From NCBI GenBank assembly GCA_010093605.1, contig MU004189.1:1247834-1311833 (forward strand): a stretch of 64,000 bases of DNA. Reading direction: 5' to 3'. The notes under the pieces are model-generated. The model saw nothing but the letters and a program-made list of their open reading frames with translations. It searched no databases and was not told the origin of the DNA. Numbering within the stretch: the first letter of the stretch is position 1; each line of letters opens with the position of its first letter. This DNA is from Lophium mytilinum. Taxonomy: Eukaryota. A program made the translations under genes and the position numbers. Shown piece by piece: positions 34,786 through 47,210 of the stretch.

Positions 34786-37703
34786 TTAAGTGTCACAGGC
34801 CTTTGGTATTGCCCTAAGGACTTCGTCTGGAATGTTGTCGGAATCTCTTAGTCGATCAAGAAGGAGAGCCATTATTTCTGGATGTCCAGATGCGGCCCTC
34901 ACGACGCCTTCTGTTACCCTCACTTCTTCTCTTCGATGATATAGAAGTGTCTTTATGATCTCTTTTCCGGCAGTGGCGTTGCCCGCTGCAGTCTTGAGCA
35001 TTTCTTCCGTGACGTGTACCTCGTCACCTCCTTTCTCGAGCCAAAATACTACTACTTTGCGACCGAAATCACGCCGTGCTGCAGCATTCAGCACCGGAGG
35101 CGTAATTCGAATCTTATCTCCGTGGTAGTGAAAAAATATATCCAGTATTTCGCTTCCGTTAACGTGCTCAGCCGCGGCTATCAGAATGTCTTCTGTGATG
35201 GCAATGTCCTTTCCTCCATACGAGAACAACCTGTCCACCAGGCCCCATGCGATGTGACTGCTAATGGCAGCTTTCACAACCGCTTCCGGTATTTCGACCT
35301 TTTCTTCTCGTATACGACGCAGTTCGAACATTACACTCTCTGAATTATTTTCTGCCGCAATTTTGAAAATTAGTTCTGTGATCTTGACCTCGTCTTTTCG
35401 ATACTGAAGCAGTACTTCCATTACTGTATGCAATGGATTTGCTGCCGCGATTTTGACAATTTCCTCTGTGATCTTGAATTCCGATCCTTTTTCTTCAAGA
35501 AATCGGCGGATTATCGCTGCTCCGTATTCATTCCCCGCTGCAGCTTTGAGAACTTCTTCCGTAATCTTAATTTCTCCATTTCGCATGTCGAGAAGAATAT
35601 TTGCAGCATTGCCATTCTCCCAGGGATTCCCGACCGCAGCTTTCAGGATAGCCTCCGTAATTATGAACTCGTGGCCTCGGGTTTCGAGCAGGAATAGCAT
35701 TGCTTTCTTATCCAAAGATCCTGCGAAGTGGAGTATTTCCTTCTCAGTGAGTTTCTGACTTTGCTCTTTTTTAAGGACCTCTAGAATAGCCTCCACTCTC
35801 TGTGCTTCCCTTGATTTTGTTACTCTTTCATGGCCCGGCGCTCTTGTCGGATCAGGCGTCCTTTGGTATGCTGAAGCTAGGTCTTCGAATACGCTCATAC
35901 TATTTAGTGTGTCTGTATGGGTGCCTCCTTGCACACGAATCCTTGCCTGTATCACCTGGATAAGAGTGGCTTCAGCTGCCTCCAAATCCTGGTTACTCTT
36001 ACACATCAAGCCTAGTGCATCCATACATCTCAAAGTGTTTGGATGATCTCTTCCTACAGCGCCGTTACAAAAGTCCATAGCATCCTGGATCCTATCCTTT
36101 ACCAGGACGAACTCTTCAGACTCTGCAACGACCAGGGCTGCATTTGATAAGCTCTCGGCTTTGAACGCCGAATCCGTCAGGGTTCGACCCCATTTTGCCT
36201 CCAATTCTCCGTATTCCTGATGGTGGAATGTTCTTTCATACGGTTTCCAGTCCCAGACTAGTAGAACATTGCGCGAGGGGCGGTTGATTTGCTTGATATA
36301 TGTGATCCAGCTGATGTATTTACTTGGTGATCTTGGGGAACCATTGGTAATGATTCTCAAACCTGCCACTAAGTCTACGTCATTTGTGACAGCAGCAATT
36401 TGAATAATTCCGAAATAATCTTTGCAGGCCCTGACAATCATGGGTGTCGGGCTATGCTCAAAAAGACTGATTAGATCGCCCTCCATGATGGGTTTTGCTG
36501 AGCTTCGGAGAGTCATCGCAACTTGGTCTTTTGATTTCGTGGTTTCATTCCAGAAAATTACTTCGACTTCTTGCCTGTCGCTCCAAGAGATATTTGGGTC
36601 CACCCAACAAATCTTGCCAATGATACAGCCCTAAGCCTCAATCACCGCCACTTCGCCGTTCCCTAGGGTCTTAATCGATAGAGTCTTGCCGAAGATAGAT
36701 AGGACCAGATTCATGAAAACCTTTGCCCATGGCACCTCATAGTCAGGTGATAGTCCTGCTGCAATGGGATCATCACAACTCATGCCTAGCAAAGCAAAGA
36801 CCTTGTCGTGCCTCTCGGTAGCCTCATGGGCATGATACATGTCTAGGAGCTCAACTAAGGAGCCGGTTTTCAAAGAGGTCCGTCCCGACCACCATATAGT
36901 AGATCTTGGACGGAAGATTGCTTGGTTTATCAGGATGGCGACTAAACGAATCAAACTTTGCGATGTCGCGAACTCCTTATACGGAAAGTTGAATCGCTGT
37001 AGTCCTACACAGAATGTATATCCATCAATCTGGGCTCTCCCGCACGTAATTAGGATCTGTCGGGCTGCGGCAACCTCTTGCAATATCTAGACCAACGTTG
37101 TCAGTGAAACTGTAGCATGCTTTCTGGCCACTGAGCTCTTACCCAGATGCGCCGAAACCACGGCCTCTGAATCAGGCCTAGCACATTGTCGCGGAGTTCC
37201 GCGGTCATCGGGGGCGTCGCGAGACTCTTATCCGCCGCAATACCCAGGTCTTCGATCGCTCGATCGCTCCCTACTGCGGACTCCCCAAGCCATGCAATGA
37301 CGCATTTGGCTTTACCGAATATCCTCGCCATGCACTGAATCTGATATCCTCGCTCTTCCAAGTCGTCCTGGTTGATACATATGGCATCTATCCAAATCAC
37401 CCGCTCGATGTAGCGATTTCTGAGGCGAGATAGTGCTGCATGAAGGTTTGCCGTGACACCGAAGGGACAGTTGCTGAGCAGGATCCTCGAGCGATTTGTT
37501 TGCGGATCGCCCCATACGTAGGATAAGGCTTCGTATAAATGAGTTCCTGTATCCGGGTCCGGAAAAAAGTATTCGAAGAGCTGGCATTCTATCATCGCAT
37601 TTTCGTCTTCGTTGGGAAGCAGACGCAGCAGACGAATGCTGTTGGCCCCAATACGCCTTTTCAGAGGTGAATAACGGTATACCGACATGCTTTCGGTCGT
37701 CAT
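34786..37703 (-). pseudogene. HET domain + TPR-like segment + ankyrin-like ITEEVLKAAA repeats (DUF7104-like), interrupted by one in-frame TAG at 36633-36631
   Basis: HET motifs YEALSYVWG, IWIDAICINQ, PWFRRIW|ILQEV (intron 37142-37087). VIEA-TAG-GCIIG continues in the same frame into a 605-aa ORF with GRDHPNTL (TPR-like) and about ten ITE...AA repeats. Confidence 0.8.
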
Positions 37704-38142
37704 GAAACGACTTCTGATTCAAGGACCTTTGCCCTGCCGTCTTGTGTCTCAGTCGGGTTTAAAGGTAGTGGTGGGGCTGCAGATGTCAGCCTGGAAGATC
37801 AACACATACCTAGGGCTGTGCCACCTTTATGCGCCCCGAGCACCGCCAGGTAGGCACCTAAGCGCCGAGCTAGTTCTAAGCCACACTTATCCCCCTCGTT
37901 CTGCCTAAAATACCTCCTCCTTGCACTGCTTCCCTTTTCTTTACTATTACCCTCCTATTTTTCTACGCTTAGTACAACCTAAACTAGCTAGGTACGCTTT
38001 GCGAGCGAAGCCGTACCGTTTCGCGACATTGCTCAACCTAAAATCACGTTATACGCCCAGGTGAATAACGTCGTTGCCGGGTTTCTACCACTTTGCAAAC
38101 TCGTAATCACTAAAATTGCGAAGTTTCGCCTTACTTCACAGT

Positions 38143-39146
38143 ATGGCGACAGAGGACGCTGATCAGTCTTCGACTGCAGTCGTAGAGATTGCTAGAAACG
38201 GCAATGTCATCTTAGTCGTGGGTCCACGCGAGAGAAGGCTACAAGTCTGCTCAACTGTCCTCAAGAATGCCTCGAAGTATTTCAACGCTATGTTCGGACC
38301 GCACTTCTCTGAAGGCCAGGACTTGAGGGTAGCCCGTCCCAAAGAGGTACCAATGCCGGAGGACGACGCGAACGTCTTGGAGATTCTCTGCAATATCATA
38401 CATCATCGGAACGATGCTGTACCTGAAACGCTCTCCGGAACTGAGGTCTTCGACGTTGCAGTCGCCGCGGACAAGTTTGACTGCGTTGTTGCTATAAAAC
38501 ACGCTAGCACGCTTTGGTTGAACCCAAGGGAGATCCAAGATGTCATAGAGCTTGGACATCTCATGGCTACTGCATACATACTTGATAACGCACAGGCTTT
38601 CAGCGAAATCACGCTCGCAATGATGCTTCGCCACAAAGAATCCTATCTTCCGCTCGCGGACGAGGAACTTGTTCCATGGAGGACCTTCTGTAAGCTTCAT
38701 GCCGGCATATTTTAGACACGTGCTAATAGTATCGTATAGATCTCCTAGAAGAGCGAAGGAACCACATGCGCGCAGAATTGCAGCAGATCCTACTTGACGG
38801 AAAAATTCAATTCGGGACCGATGACGGACCCGAATGTAGCTGTAGTTGGTCAAGTCGGCATAGCTCTGCTTATATGGATCTCCTTCAGAGAGAAGGGTTA
38901 GAGCCCTTAAAGATGCTCAGCAACATGACAGTCACGGAGGTTCTCGAGAAAATGGAGAGGATGAATGATCCGACCATACCCCGCGAATGGAAGCCATGCA
39001 ACTATAGGTGGCATCGGAATCCCGACCTTCGGATCATGCGCAAGTCTAAGCTAGATATTTTCAAGAAAGGCAATCATGGCCTTTGCATTGACTGTATCCG
39101 GTCCAGCACCACAGACGAGAAGCAGACTTGTCGGATCAAGCATTAG
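38143..39146 (+). CDS. BTB/POZ domain protein
   Basis: GNVILVVG, LKNASKYFNAMFGPHFSEG, MPEDD, LCNIIH, AVAADKFDC; intron 38690-38739; C-terminal GLCIDC. Confidence 0.9.
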
Positions 39147-39448
39147 TAGCACTCCTATTCCTCTATATAGCTAAAGGTAAGTTGTTGCACCCTGTATTCT
39201 ACCTGTGCTCATCAAATTAGCCTTACCCAAAAGATTCAGAGGTCAATCAAGAAAACACAGTTCTCACTTTATCTCCTTCGAAAAGTGGCAAGGCATAAGT
39301 TCTAGCCTATGCCAAACGATGAACACTTCAATTGAAATCACATGCAGGGATGGGCTGGACGTCAATTTGCAGGAATACGAGTTTACTACAGGGGCTGCAG
39401 GTGGGGGCTTTTATTCTAGGCACAGCGCCGCTATAAGGTGTCGCGTCT

Positions 39449-39886
39449 TCAACCACGCCTCCTCCAATACTCCACGACCATATAAGCAGCAAAGGACACG
39501 GCGAAATGTTTCCACCACGTCTTCCAGTCTCGATCCATGCTTCGTGTTCCTTCAAGATACTTCGTACGATAGCTAAATCCTTCGCCCTCCCGTTCAAAGT
39601 ACTGAATCTCCATTTCTCTCTCCCACTTCGGCTTCGATCTTTCCCACAGTGTCGAGTAGTAAGGCTTGGTGAGCTGCTTAGTTTCGAACCATTTTGGGGA
39701 TGCGTTCCAGACGTCCAGAAATCGGAAATGGCCAGGGTGCTCAGGGTCTTGGAAGACGTCGAAAAGAAGACATTCTGGCTCGGCGGCACAAGCGGCCCAG
39801 ACTGGGCGATGGGCCTCTTTGAATTCTTCGATGCGAGATGGTTGGTTGTAGAAGTTAACGAAAAGGGTAAGTTGCTTTGATGACAT
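39449..39886 (-). CDS. ABM (antibiotic biosynthesis monooxygenase-like, dimeric alpha-beta barrel) protein with C-terminal hydrophobic tail
   Basis: Pattern EEFKEAH..VWAACAAEPECLLFDVFQDPEHPGHFRFLDVW...KPYY; 145-aa intronless ORF. Confidence 0.8.
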   Translation of the reverse strand: MSSKQLTLFVNFYNQPSRIEEFKEAHRPVWAACAAEPECLLFDVFQDPEHPGHFRFLDVWNASPKWFETKQLTKPYYSTLWERSKPKWEREMEIQYFEREGEGFSYRTKYLEGTRSMDRDWKTWWKHFAVSFAAYMVVEYWRRRG

Positions 39887-40598
39887 ATCCTATGAAATTG
39901 AGCACGAGATGGGTTTAGCGTTGCGAGCAAGAAATTTGTGCCCGTGGACCCTCCTTTATACATGCTAAATAGTATGAGTTGAGGCTAGGCTGTGTAGTCA
40001 CGTGACTGTTCAAGTGTACAGCCCCATTGCGTAGGTACGCTGTGGCTAGCGAATTGCAGAAGAGCTGCGTAATAGAGGATCTAGAACCTTGCAAGAAGCT
40101 TAGAATACTGGACCCTTGCAGCCACTTGCACACTACACACCGCATGCGCAAGAGGGTTCAGGGCCCGAATTAGTGGTTTTATCACCCTAGAGAGTATCAT
40201 TGCGCTTACGGTGACATGGTGTGATTTGTAAGCGTGTCTTTTAAAAACCAGTCCCAATTTGGAGGGGCCAGACCACTTTCCCAAAGAAACCAGCTCGGTT
40301 AGTATAGTGTTGTGTGATAGCGGCTTGTGGATACTCTACGCAGTGAGCCAGCGATATTGTAGGCAATTCGGACAATGCTTCGACTCGTATCATTGAATAG
40401 AAAACCGCCTCTGTTTGCATCCGATACTCCTCTCTTCCGGGTTAGCATTTGCTAGACCTTACTGTATCGTACGTATGAAAATATAATCGCCGATCCACCA
40501 GCCCTGACCCTGACCATCGTGATGATATCGTTCTCTCATTGTAAACTCAGCTGCCGCTCTTATTGGTTGTGATCGATTCGCCCCCTGAAGCGCCCTTT

Positions 40599-40680
40599 GC
40601 CCTACGCTAAGCTGGAAAGGTTTCTCCTGCCCTACGCTATGCCCCAAAAATTGGTTTTCGCCCTACGCTAAGCTATAAAA
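40599..40680 (+). promoter_or_regulatory. Three phased direct repeats GCCCTACGCTA followed by a TATA box
   Basis: Copies at 40599, 40629 and 40660 (30/31-bp spacing); TATAAAA at 40674-40680; ATG at 40738. Confidence 0.65.
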
Positions 40681-40737
40681 TGACTAGCACCATAGCTGGA
40701 AGCGCTTAGATATACTCAGGCTCCCCCACACTGAAAG

Positions 40738-41792
40738 ATGGCCTCGCGCGTGAGCTACCGTCTCGCATCACCTTTCGACATCGACTTGACAGCGGAAACG
40801 CTATCGTACTTGTGTCCAAAATTCAACGCAGCGGGCCAGTATCACGATGCAGACGCGTAAGTCTTCTCTCCCCATGTAACGACTCTAGCTTTTCTCCCGC
40901 GTTGTGCAAAATAATACAGTTGGTCTAAGAAAGATCTGTACGCTAACTGTGACTCTGAAGCAGACATCTTCAAAATACCTACCACACTGAGCGCGGGCAG
41001 GCTTACTTCTCGATTGAGAAAGATAGTATTTCAGACGGGCTAGCACCGGGATCTGGGTCTTCACTGCTACTTGATGGCGGCCCTCAACAGCCTCGCAAGG
41101 CGCACAAACCTGCCCCGAAGCGCGGCCCCGCCCTCGCATACCTACTCGGCAACACCATCATCGTGGAAGACGCGTACGGCAAGGTCCTAATGAAGTACGA
41201 CATCCCTGGAACCGACCCCTATCTCGAAAATTCTGAGCCTGAAGGCAGCGAGACATGTTCCAATTTCTCTCACTCATTCCTGCCACAGCTAGGGCCGCCA
41301 GACGTGGACTTCTCGCAATTTGACGGCCTCTTCTCGTCCGATTCGCCGCTTTCCATCAACGACAGTTCACCAAGGCCCGACTCGCAGTTTTCGGCCAGCG
41401 AGAGCCCACCAATGCCTGAATTGCAAGCAACCCCGTCTCCATCCCCATCCGAGCGCAGTATTTCAGAAAAGCATGGCCCATTCGTTTGCAACGTTCCGCA
41501 CTGCCGTCGTGACGGCAAACCTTTCAAAAAGAAGGGTGATTTTCGCCGGCACCAGCTGCTGCATGGCCCGGCGATATGGATGTGTCCGATGGACTTTTGT
41601 CCTTACCGAAAGAAGGGATTCTCTCGGAAAGACAAGTTGGTATCGCATCTAGAGAGGGGTCATCGAGAGAGCAAGGAAATGGCGAAGATGCTCGCTTGGG
41701 ACCCGATGAAGCCCTTGAAGTCGTCTGGGTCGGAAAAAGAAGGCTCGAAGATGGATTGGGCCGAGGGTGAGCTTGGATTAGAGTTCGTGTAA
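40738..41792 (+). CDS. C2H2 zinc-finger protein (two fingers)
   Basis: FVCNVPHC...FKKKGDFRRHQLLH and WMCPMDFC...FSRKDKLVSHLERGH. Exon 1 40738-40856 and intron 40857-40963 join in frame to ORF 41163-41792. Confidence 0.85.
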
Positions 41793-41804
41793 CAAGTGTT
41801 ACTT

Positions 41805-41959
41805 AGGCTCTCGTTCTTATCTATGGCATTTTCTTCGTCCTCTTTCGTAGCATTGTCCTTCTTCTTTTTTCTAGCACTGTCTTCGTTCTCTTTTCCAGCC
41901 TGGTCTTCGATTCGTCTTGTAGATTAAACCTTGTTTTCCTTTCTCGTGTAGTCTTCATT
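41805..41959 (-). repeat. Degenerate 24-bp tandem repeat (~6.5 units) encoding charged octapeptides on the minus strand
   Basis: Reads NEDYTRKE/NKV*STRR/IEDQAGKE/NEDSARKK/KKDNATKE/DEENAIDK/NESL with one TAA. Confidence 0.5.
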
Positions 41960-42647
41960 ACAGGCTCTAGATTAGTCTTGATTAACTTTTCTGGGGCGAC
42001 TATAGAGCCTCTTGATGTAGGCCGGAATTCAGCTCAAGCCGTCTCGAGTAAACATATGCCGTGTAAACGCCGAAGAATTTCTGCGTCTTACCCGAATTAT
42101 GGGACGTCTGCTCAAGACAGGTATGTCTCATCGATGACGCTCCACTCGACCAAAGAAAGTGGCCAAAGAAAGTGGAGCCGCAGACTAGGGTCACGTGTAC
42201 TAACGGTCACGTGCGAGGCTGAGAATAACACACTCTTGTTTGTTCTCTCGTATGGCGGCGCCGCAGCCTCATGGGTGTTCAAGACCCTTTTTCCTTTCGT
42301 CCATTTCAAATTAGAGAAGCAATATCGATGTGATATTACCAGACGTGATCACCCTCTTTAGTGCTCCACAGCTTGTCTTTCTGGCCGATGAGGCTGAAGG
42401 AGCATCCCTTTTGGGCTGCGGGGCTTAAGGCTATAAGCACTTGCGCAAGTTCAAGCCTGCTCAAGGCTGACCTGTTTGGCTGCATGCGCAGTACACCAAT
42501 GTTAGAACGTGGCATACAAGGCTAAACCAGCCTCGTTCTTGGCGGGGCGAACGATGCATACATATACATATCCTTCTTCAACCGCTGATAGTCCGCACTC
42601 CAGCCTATTCCTAAGTCGACCTTTCAGCCTCGTTCAGAAACTTTCCA

Positions 42648-44085
42648 ATGGGGAACACATTCGGCTTCATGAAGCTCCAATTCAAGGGCGGGATCCAATT
42701 CATGGTGTTGATATCTTGCAAGGCTGAAGGTATAGATCTGAACCAAACTTGCAGCCTAGGATTCGCTCCCAGCCACGAGCTCTCATCCATTGGGAATATC
42801 ACGAAGGGGAACTTGACGCCTCGACTGGGCATCGCAGGCTAAGGTGCCTGTCAAACTCTTCTTTGTCTTGGTCTATCACTGCTAATTCGTACAGATTTGG
42901 CTGGGCAGGCTCTCTTTTCGCGTTGACAATGGTTGCTTTTGTCTTTGTAGTTATTGAGCTCCTCTCAAGATTCGAGCCAAGCCGAAAGTTGGCATCATAT
43001 GGCAAATAAGTTGCCCCTCTAGCCTCTCATATTTACATGCAATAGTCCTCGTTCAAGCTAACGTTGGAGTGTATAGGGTTCTAAAGCTTGTGTGCTACTT
43101 CAAAGATCCACCGGACGAAGACGTCAACGACCCAGAGCGGACGATACGATACAGGGCTAGACTCGTGGCCGGCAAACGAGCATACGTGCTTGGAGCGTCA
43201 GATACCCAGACGATCTTAGTCGCTGCCTTCATGCTCAGCTTTGTCGCCCAGGACAAGTGTCAACTGATATCCTACCATTTCATCGTCGCTGCCGACATAT
43301 GACGATTTCTTAATTAGTCATCGTCTTCTCGGTAGCGTTGGTGCGGACGCATTGGAGAAACCCATGGGCAGTGACCTTCCGGGTCCTATTGTCTATCGGA
43401 GCCTTCGTTGGTGTCGGCGTCACGAAATTCGGAGAGAACAACTACATCCTAGAGTGGCCGCCACCCGAGAATCGACATGACTGTGCAATTCTGCTTCCGG
43501 TAGCGTGCTTGTTGGAGACCGATCTGTGGCCGTGAGTCAAGAAGCAAGTGGAGGACCACCAGGCTGATCTTGGATTCCTTATACATTGTCCTAGTCTTCG
43601 CGTTCTTGATAGCACATGCCTCGATGGGTGTCCGCAGATGGGAGGGTAGACACGGAGAAGGCAATCCCAGTCCGCGGATGTGGGCAAACGCCCCCGGATG
43701 CTTCACTACCTTTGATTGGCTCGTCGTGCTACTTATCCCCACCGTAGCGTTAGTATGGGTCTTGAAACAACTCCGTATAGATCGACTATGGGTCAGAGAC
43801 TCTGGTCGGATTAATGACCCCAATCCCGAATTCAATCTGTGGAACTCTGGTCAGCTGATTCCATTGGGGGTATTTGTTTTCATCCTGATGACCGTGCTAT
43901 CTGAACTGAAAAGTAGACAGGGTGAGGCGGAAAAGAGAAGAAATGGACACGTGTGGGCGAGGATAGCCGAAAGAGACGGACTGGAGTTGGGACGTATACT
44001 CGCGGCTTCTCAGCCCCCCTGCATGGTATACAGGGAGTTCGGTCAGAAAGACATCCGCCCACTCATGTACCATTGTCGGCTTTAG
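42648..44085 (+). pseudogene. Pseudogene of the same membrane-protein family as 28960-30672
   Basis: LGIAG*G, SDTQTILVAAF, KCQLISYHF, RTHWRNP, WPP, LLPVACL, WNSGQLIPL match family motifs; premature stops at 42840, 43300 and 43533 plus frameshifts. Confidence 0.7.
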
Positions 44086-45903
44086 GATATTAGATTACTC
44101 TATGGTGCGTATATCTCCTAGTCTCTTTAGGCACTTAGTTGTGCATGTCCCATTCATGCTTAAGCCAAGAATGATGACTTCCATCGGGCAGTTAATGTCA
44201 GAAGTCGGGCCAGGACATTATTTAGCGTAAAACTCTAGAGACACCTACAGAGGCTCTGTCAGACTCATGTGCAGAGGTATTGATAGATCGGCAACAAGGT
44301 TGGTAGAGGAAAGCTGGAGGATGGCCATTCAGAGGGATGCAGTTTTCCGTTACTTCAAAAGTTGCTGTCTACTCGCCACTGTCGGTTCCTTCCTAACGTC
44401 GGACTTGATCTATTAGCATCTTCCCTTTACCATACTAAGGTCCTCAGAAGATCACAAATGGTCAACTGCTCATCAATTACTCTTCGCACCATCCCAGTCC
44501 GCAATACATTCACTGCATTCCCCCTCGGACGGAGAACGTGCAGCACTCATGCGCTCATGATGAACCCAAAATAAGATTTCCAGCTAGCAGCTTCTCAACC
44601 GTGGTTCACCGGGACCATCCCCTAACACTATACTAGCTCATGCAGATCCGCGCGTCATCCATTAGACCCGCCAACCCGTCAGATTCCCCGCACCAAGCTA
44701 AATTTCTTGAAGTGTAATTGGACGTCTCAAACGGTTGGGTTTCCCGTACGAATGGATGCTAGTGAGTGAGGTGTGGCGCGGACTGTGAGTTCAACCATGA
44801 TACCAGCTGTAAGAACTCGCGTTGTATACAATGGTTTCACCAAAGGGATAGGGTTTGTTCGAAGTCTGTAAGCGTTACAGTATTTGCAAAATCCTTACAT
44901 TGAGGTTCTGTTACAAAGATGCCAAAATAGCATGACAAATCTACTTCAATTAGTTTTCCCAATAAAGAGCCATCCCGGCGCGTCTATTCTCACATTGGCT
45001 CTCGAACCATCAAAAATCCCTACTGATTCCGGATATGGCTGAAGAACAGCGTGAATATTGTTATTGCTATGAGCCTTCTCGAAGGAGTAACGCCGTCCAG
45101 CCGTCCAACCCCTGTGTGCTATTGGTCCTGCAACTCGCATAATGCTAAAGTAAGTCGATCGACAGCGGGGAACTCGGAGAAAACGTAAGCAGTCGCTACC
45201 AAGCTTCGCAGTGACGGTAAGCTTACCTCGAAGCGGATCGTATGCATCCGAAAAGAGCCACTTTTGAGCCCAGAGCCTTCCATGGTGTAGACCCTAGCCC
45301 CAAAGCTACTGTTTTGATGCATCGCCGAGACGTTAGGGCGTAAGCTGAAGGTTTTAGCACCGAAACGGGATCATGGATAATGCGCAGCACATGCGTTGTC
45401 TTGGCGCGAATGATAGTGAGAGGTTGGGATAGGTCGAACAAGTTCGTCTCTCGTAAAAACTGCAGGCACACACAGATTTATTATTAGAGAAACCTATCGA
45501 TGCAGCTCGGAGAGGTTTCCGTGCTTTAGAATTGCCCAGCCTCTTTTGTAGATCTGATAGTTCTGCTAACGCAAACAGAGAAGACGGGGTTTGAAAGGAG
45601 TGAAGGTGTTCAGCTGATGTTGAATATACTTCCTAATCTGGAATCAGTGAGCGGATATTGCTGTACCCGGGAGAGAAGAAACCCTTGGCTGGGATAGTTG
45701 GCACCATCATGATGCTCAATCCGCGGTGAACAGCGTCAATATTCATCTATGACCAAAGAGACGTCATGTAACTAGGCCTGGCCGGAAACAGGTCTTGAAG
45801 TATATATAGCTGGCCAAGTCGCACTCTAAAACGAATCATCTGATCTCCAGTATTCAAACCAAAATCACAACCTTTCAAGACCTCATCGATTTCCATCACC
45901 AAC

Positions 45904-46325
45904 ATGAGATTTACCGCAATCGCCTTGGCCTTCGCTGCCGCCCTTACCGTCTCGGCCGCTCCTAGCCCCGGCAATTCCAACTCCAACGACAAATGGTCCT
46001 GCGAGTTTGACCTCCAGGGTGGAGGCGAATGGTACCAGTCTGATTATGGAAACTACGGCGAATGCCACCAGTGGGGAAACAAGCAGAAGTGCACCGGTGC
46101 ATATCTGCACAAGGGTATTATAGCTTCCCATCTTTTGGTTTACAGGATCTTGGAGCTCAGAGCTAACGCAGCCTCGCGACGGTAGGAAATAGCAAGGCCA
46201 AGAAGGTCTATATGTACAAAGACAAGAACTGTAAGGAAGAGATGAAGGACTGCCAGTATGGCTCGCAGCAATGGTGGAAGAATCAGCCCCAGCAGTATGG
46301 CAGCTACTGCGTCAAAGAATATTGA
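45904..46325 (+). CDS. Small secreted cysteine-rich protein (116 aa, 6 Cys), effector-like
   Basis: Signal peptide MRFTAIALAFAAALTVSA; intron 46115-46185; exon 2 encodes GNSKAKKVYMYKDKNC...YGSYCVKEY*; TATATATA at ~45801. Confidence 0.85.
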
Positions 46326-47210
46326 GGTGAGCATAACTTCTGGACAATCATACAATCGTCGCTGACCGAGAGCCATAAGACTGCGTGGGTTGAAGATGCA
46401 TCGCATCGCAAACATTCCTTTCGCGGCTGTTGCTGGTTCTTCAACGTTCCATATGATGTAAATAGTAGTGGATAACGACGAAAATGAGTTCATGAAAATC
46501 CTCGTTACGTGTTCGTACACGACACTAAACTTTCTTACTTGATGAGTGCTCAATCTTGTTTAAACCACTGAGTATCACTTAATCAGACCATACACAATAC
46601 TACCGGAAAACACACTATGTCGTGGTGATCTGCGCAAGCATCATGCTTCTTCTCGCTAAACTGACTGAGGCGCTCTGAGAGCAACCCATGATTCTTCCAC
46701 ATCGCCTTTGGGAAGCTCGTTCACTCACTCTTCTAAAACATCCCAACTTTATGAATTCCACGTAATGTGTAGACCTCCAGTCAAAGCTAGCCCAAATGAT
46801 TCCTGCAGAATGCATCACCTGGTACCCGACTTTCCTCGCCTACACTTTCCATCTCAATTAATCTACCCGCGGCCGCCCTGACACCCCCGGCCCGAGAGCC
46901 CGCCTCGAAAACCAGCAGTCGCAATTTGATACCTCGTGAAGAAATCACGCTGCCACTGGTTCCTGGCGGATTTCGCTTCCTGGATAGTATCTCGAAAGTG
47001 ATGTTTGAGCAAATGTGGGCCCGTTGTATCATCCGCCGGGGGAGACGGACATTTCATATTATTCCGTCCTTTTGGTTGCGCATCTGTAGACCGCTTTACG
47101 CGCAGTATATAACCCACGTTTCATTCAAAGCTGTCTCAACCCGTTCACGCGAATACCATTCTTGTTCGTCGTCCAGCGTCCTCGCGCCTCGCCTCCGAAT
47201 CGTTTCCAAA

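Noticed and set aside
40599..40675. CRISPR-like repeat-spacer pattern
   Set aside because: Eukaryotic DNA, 11-bp repeats, three copies, no cas genes; better read as promoter sites.
44946..45471. Short minus-strand ORFs with a GTAAG donor
   Set aside because: Could not assemble a coherent gene or recognise a domain.
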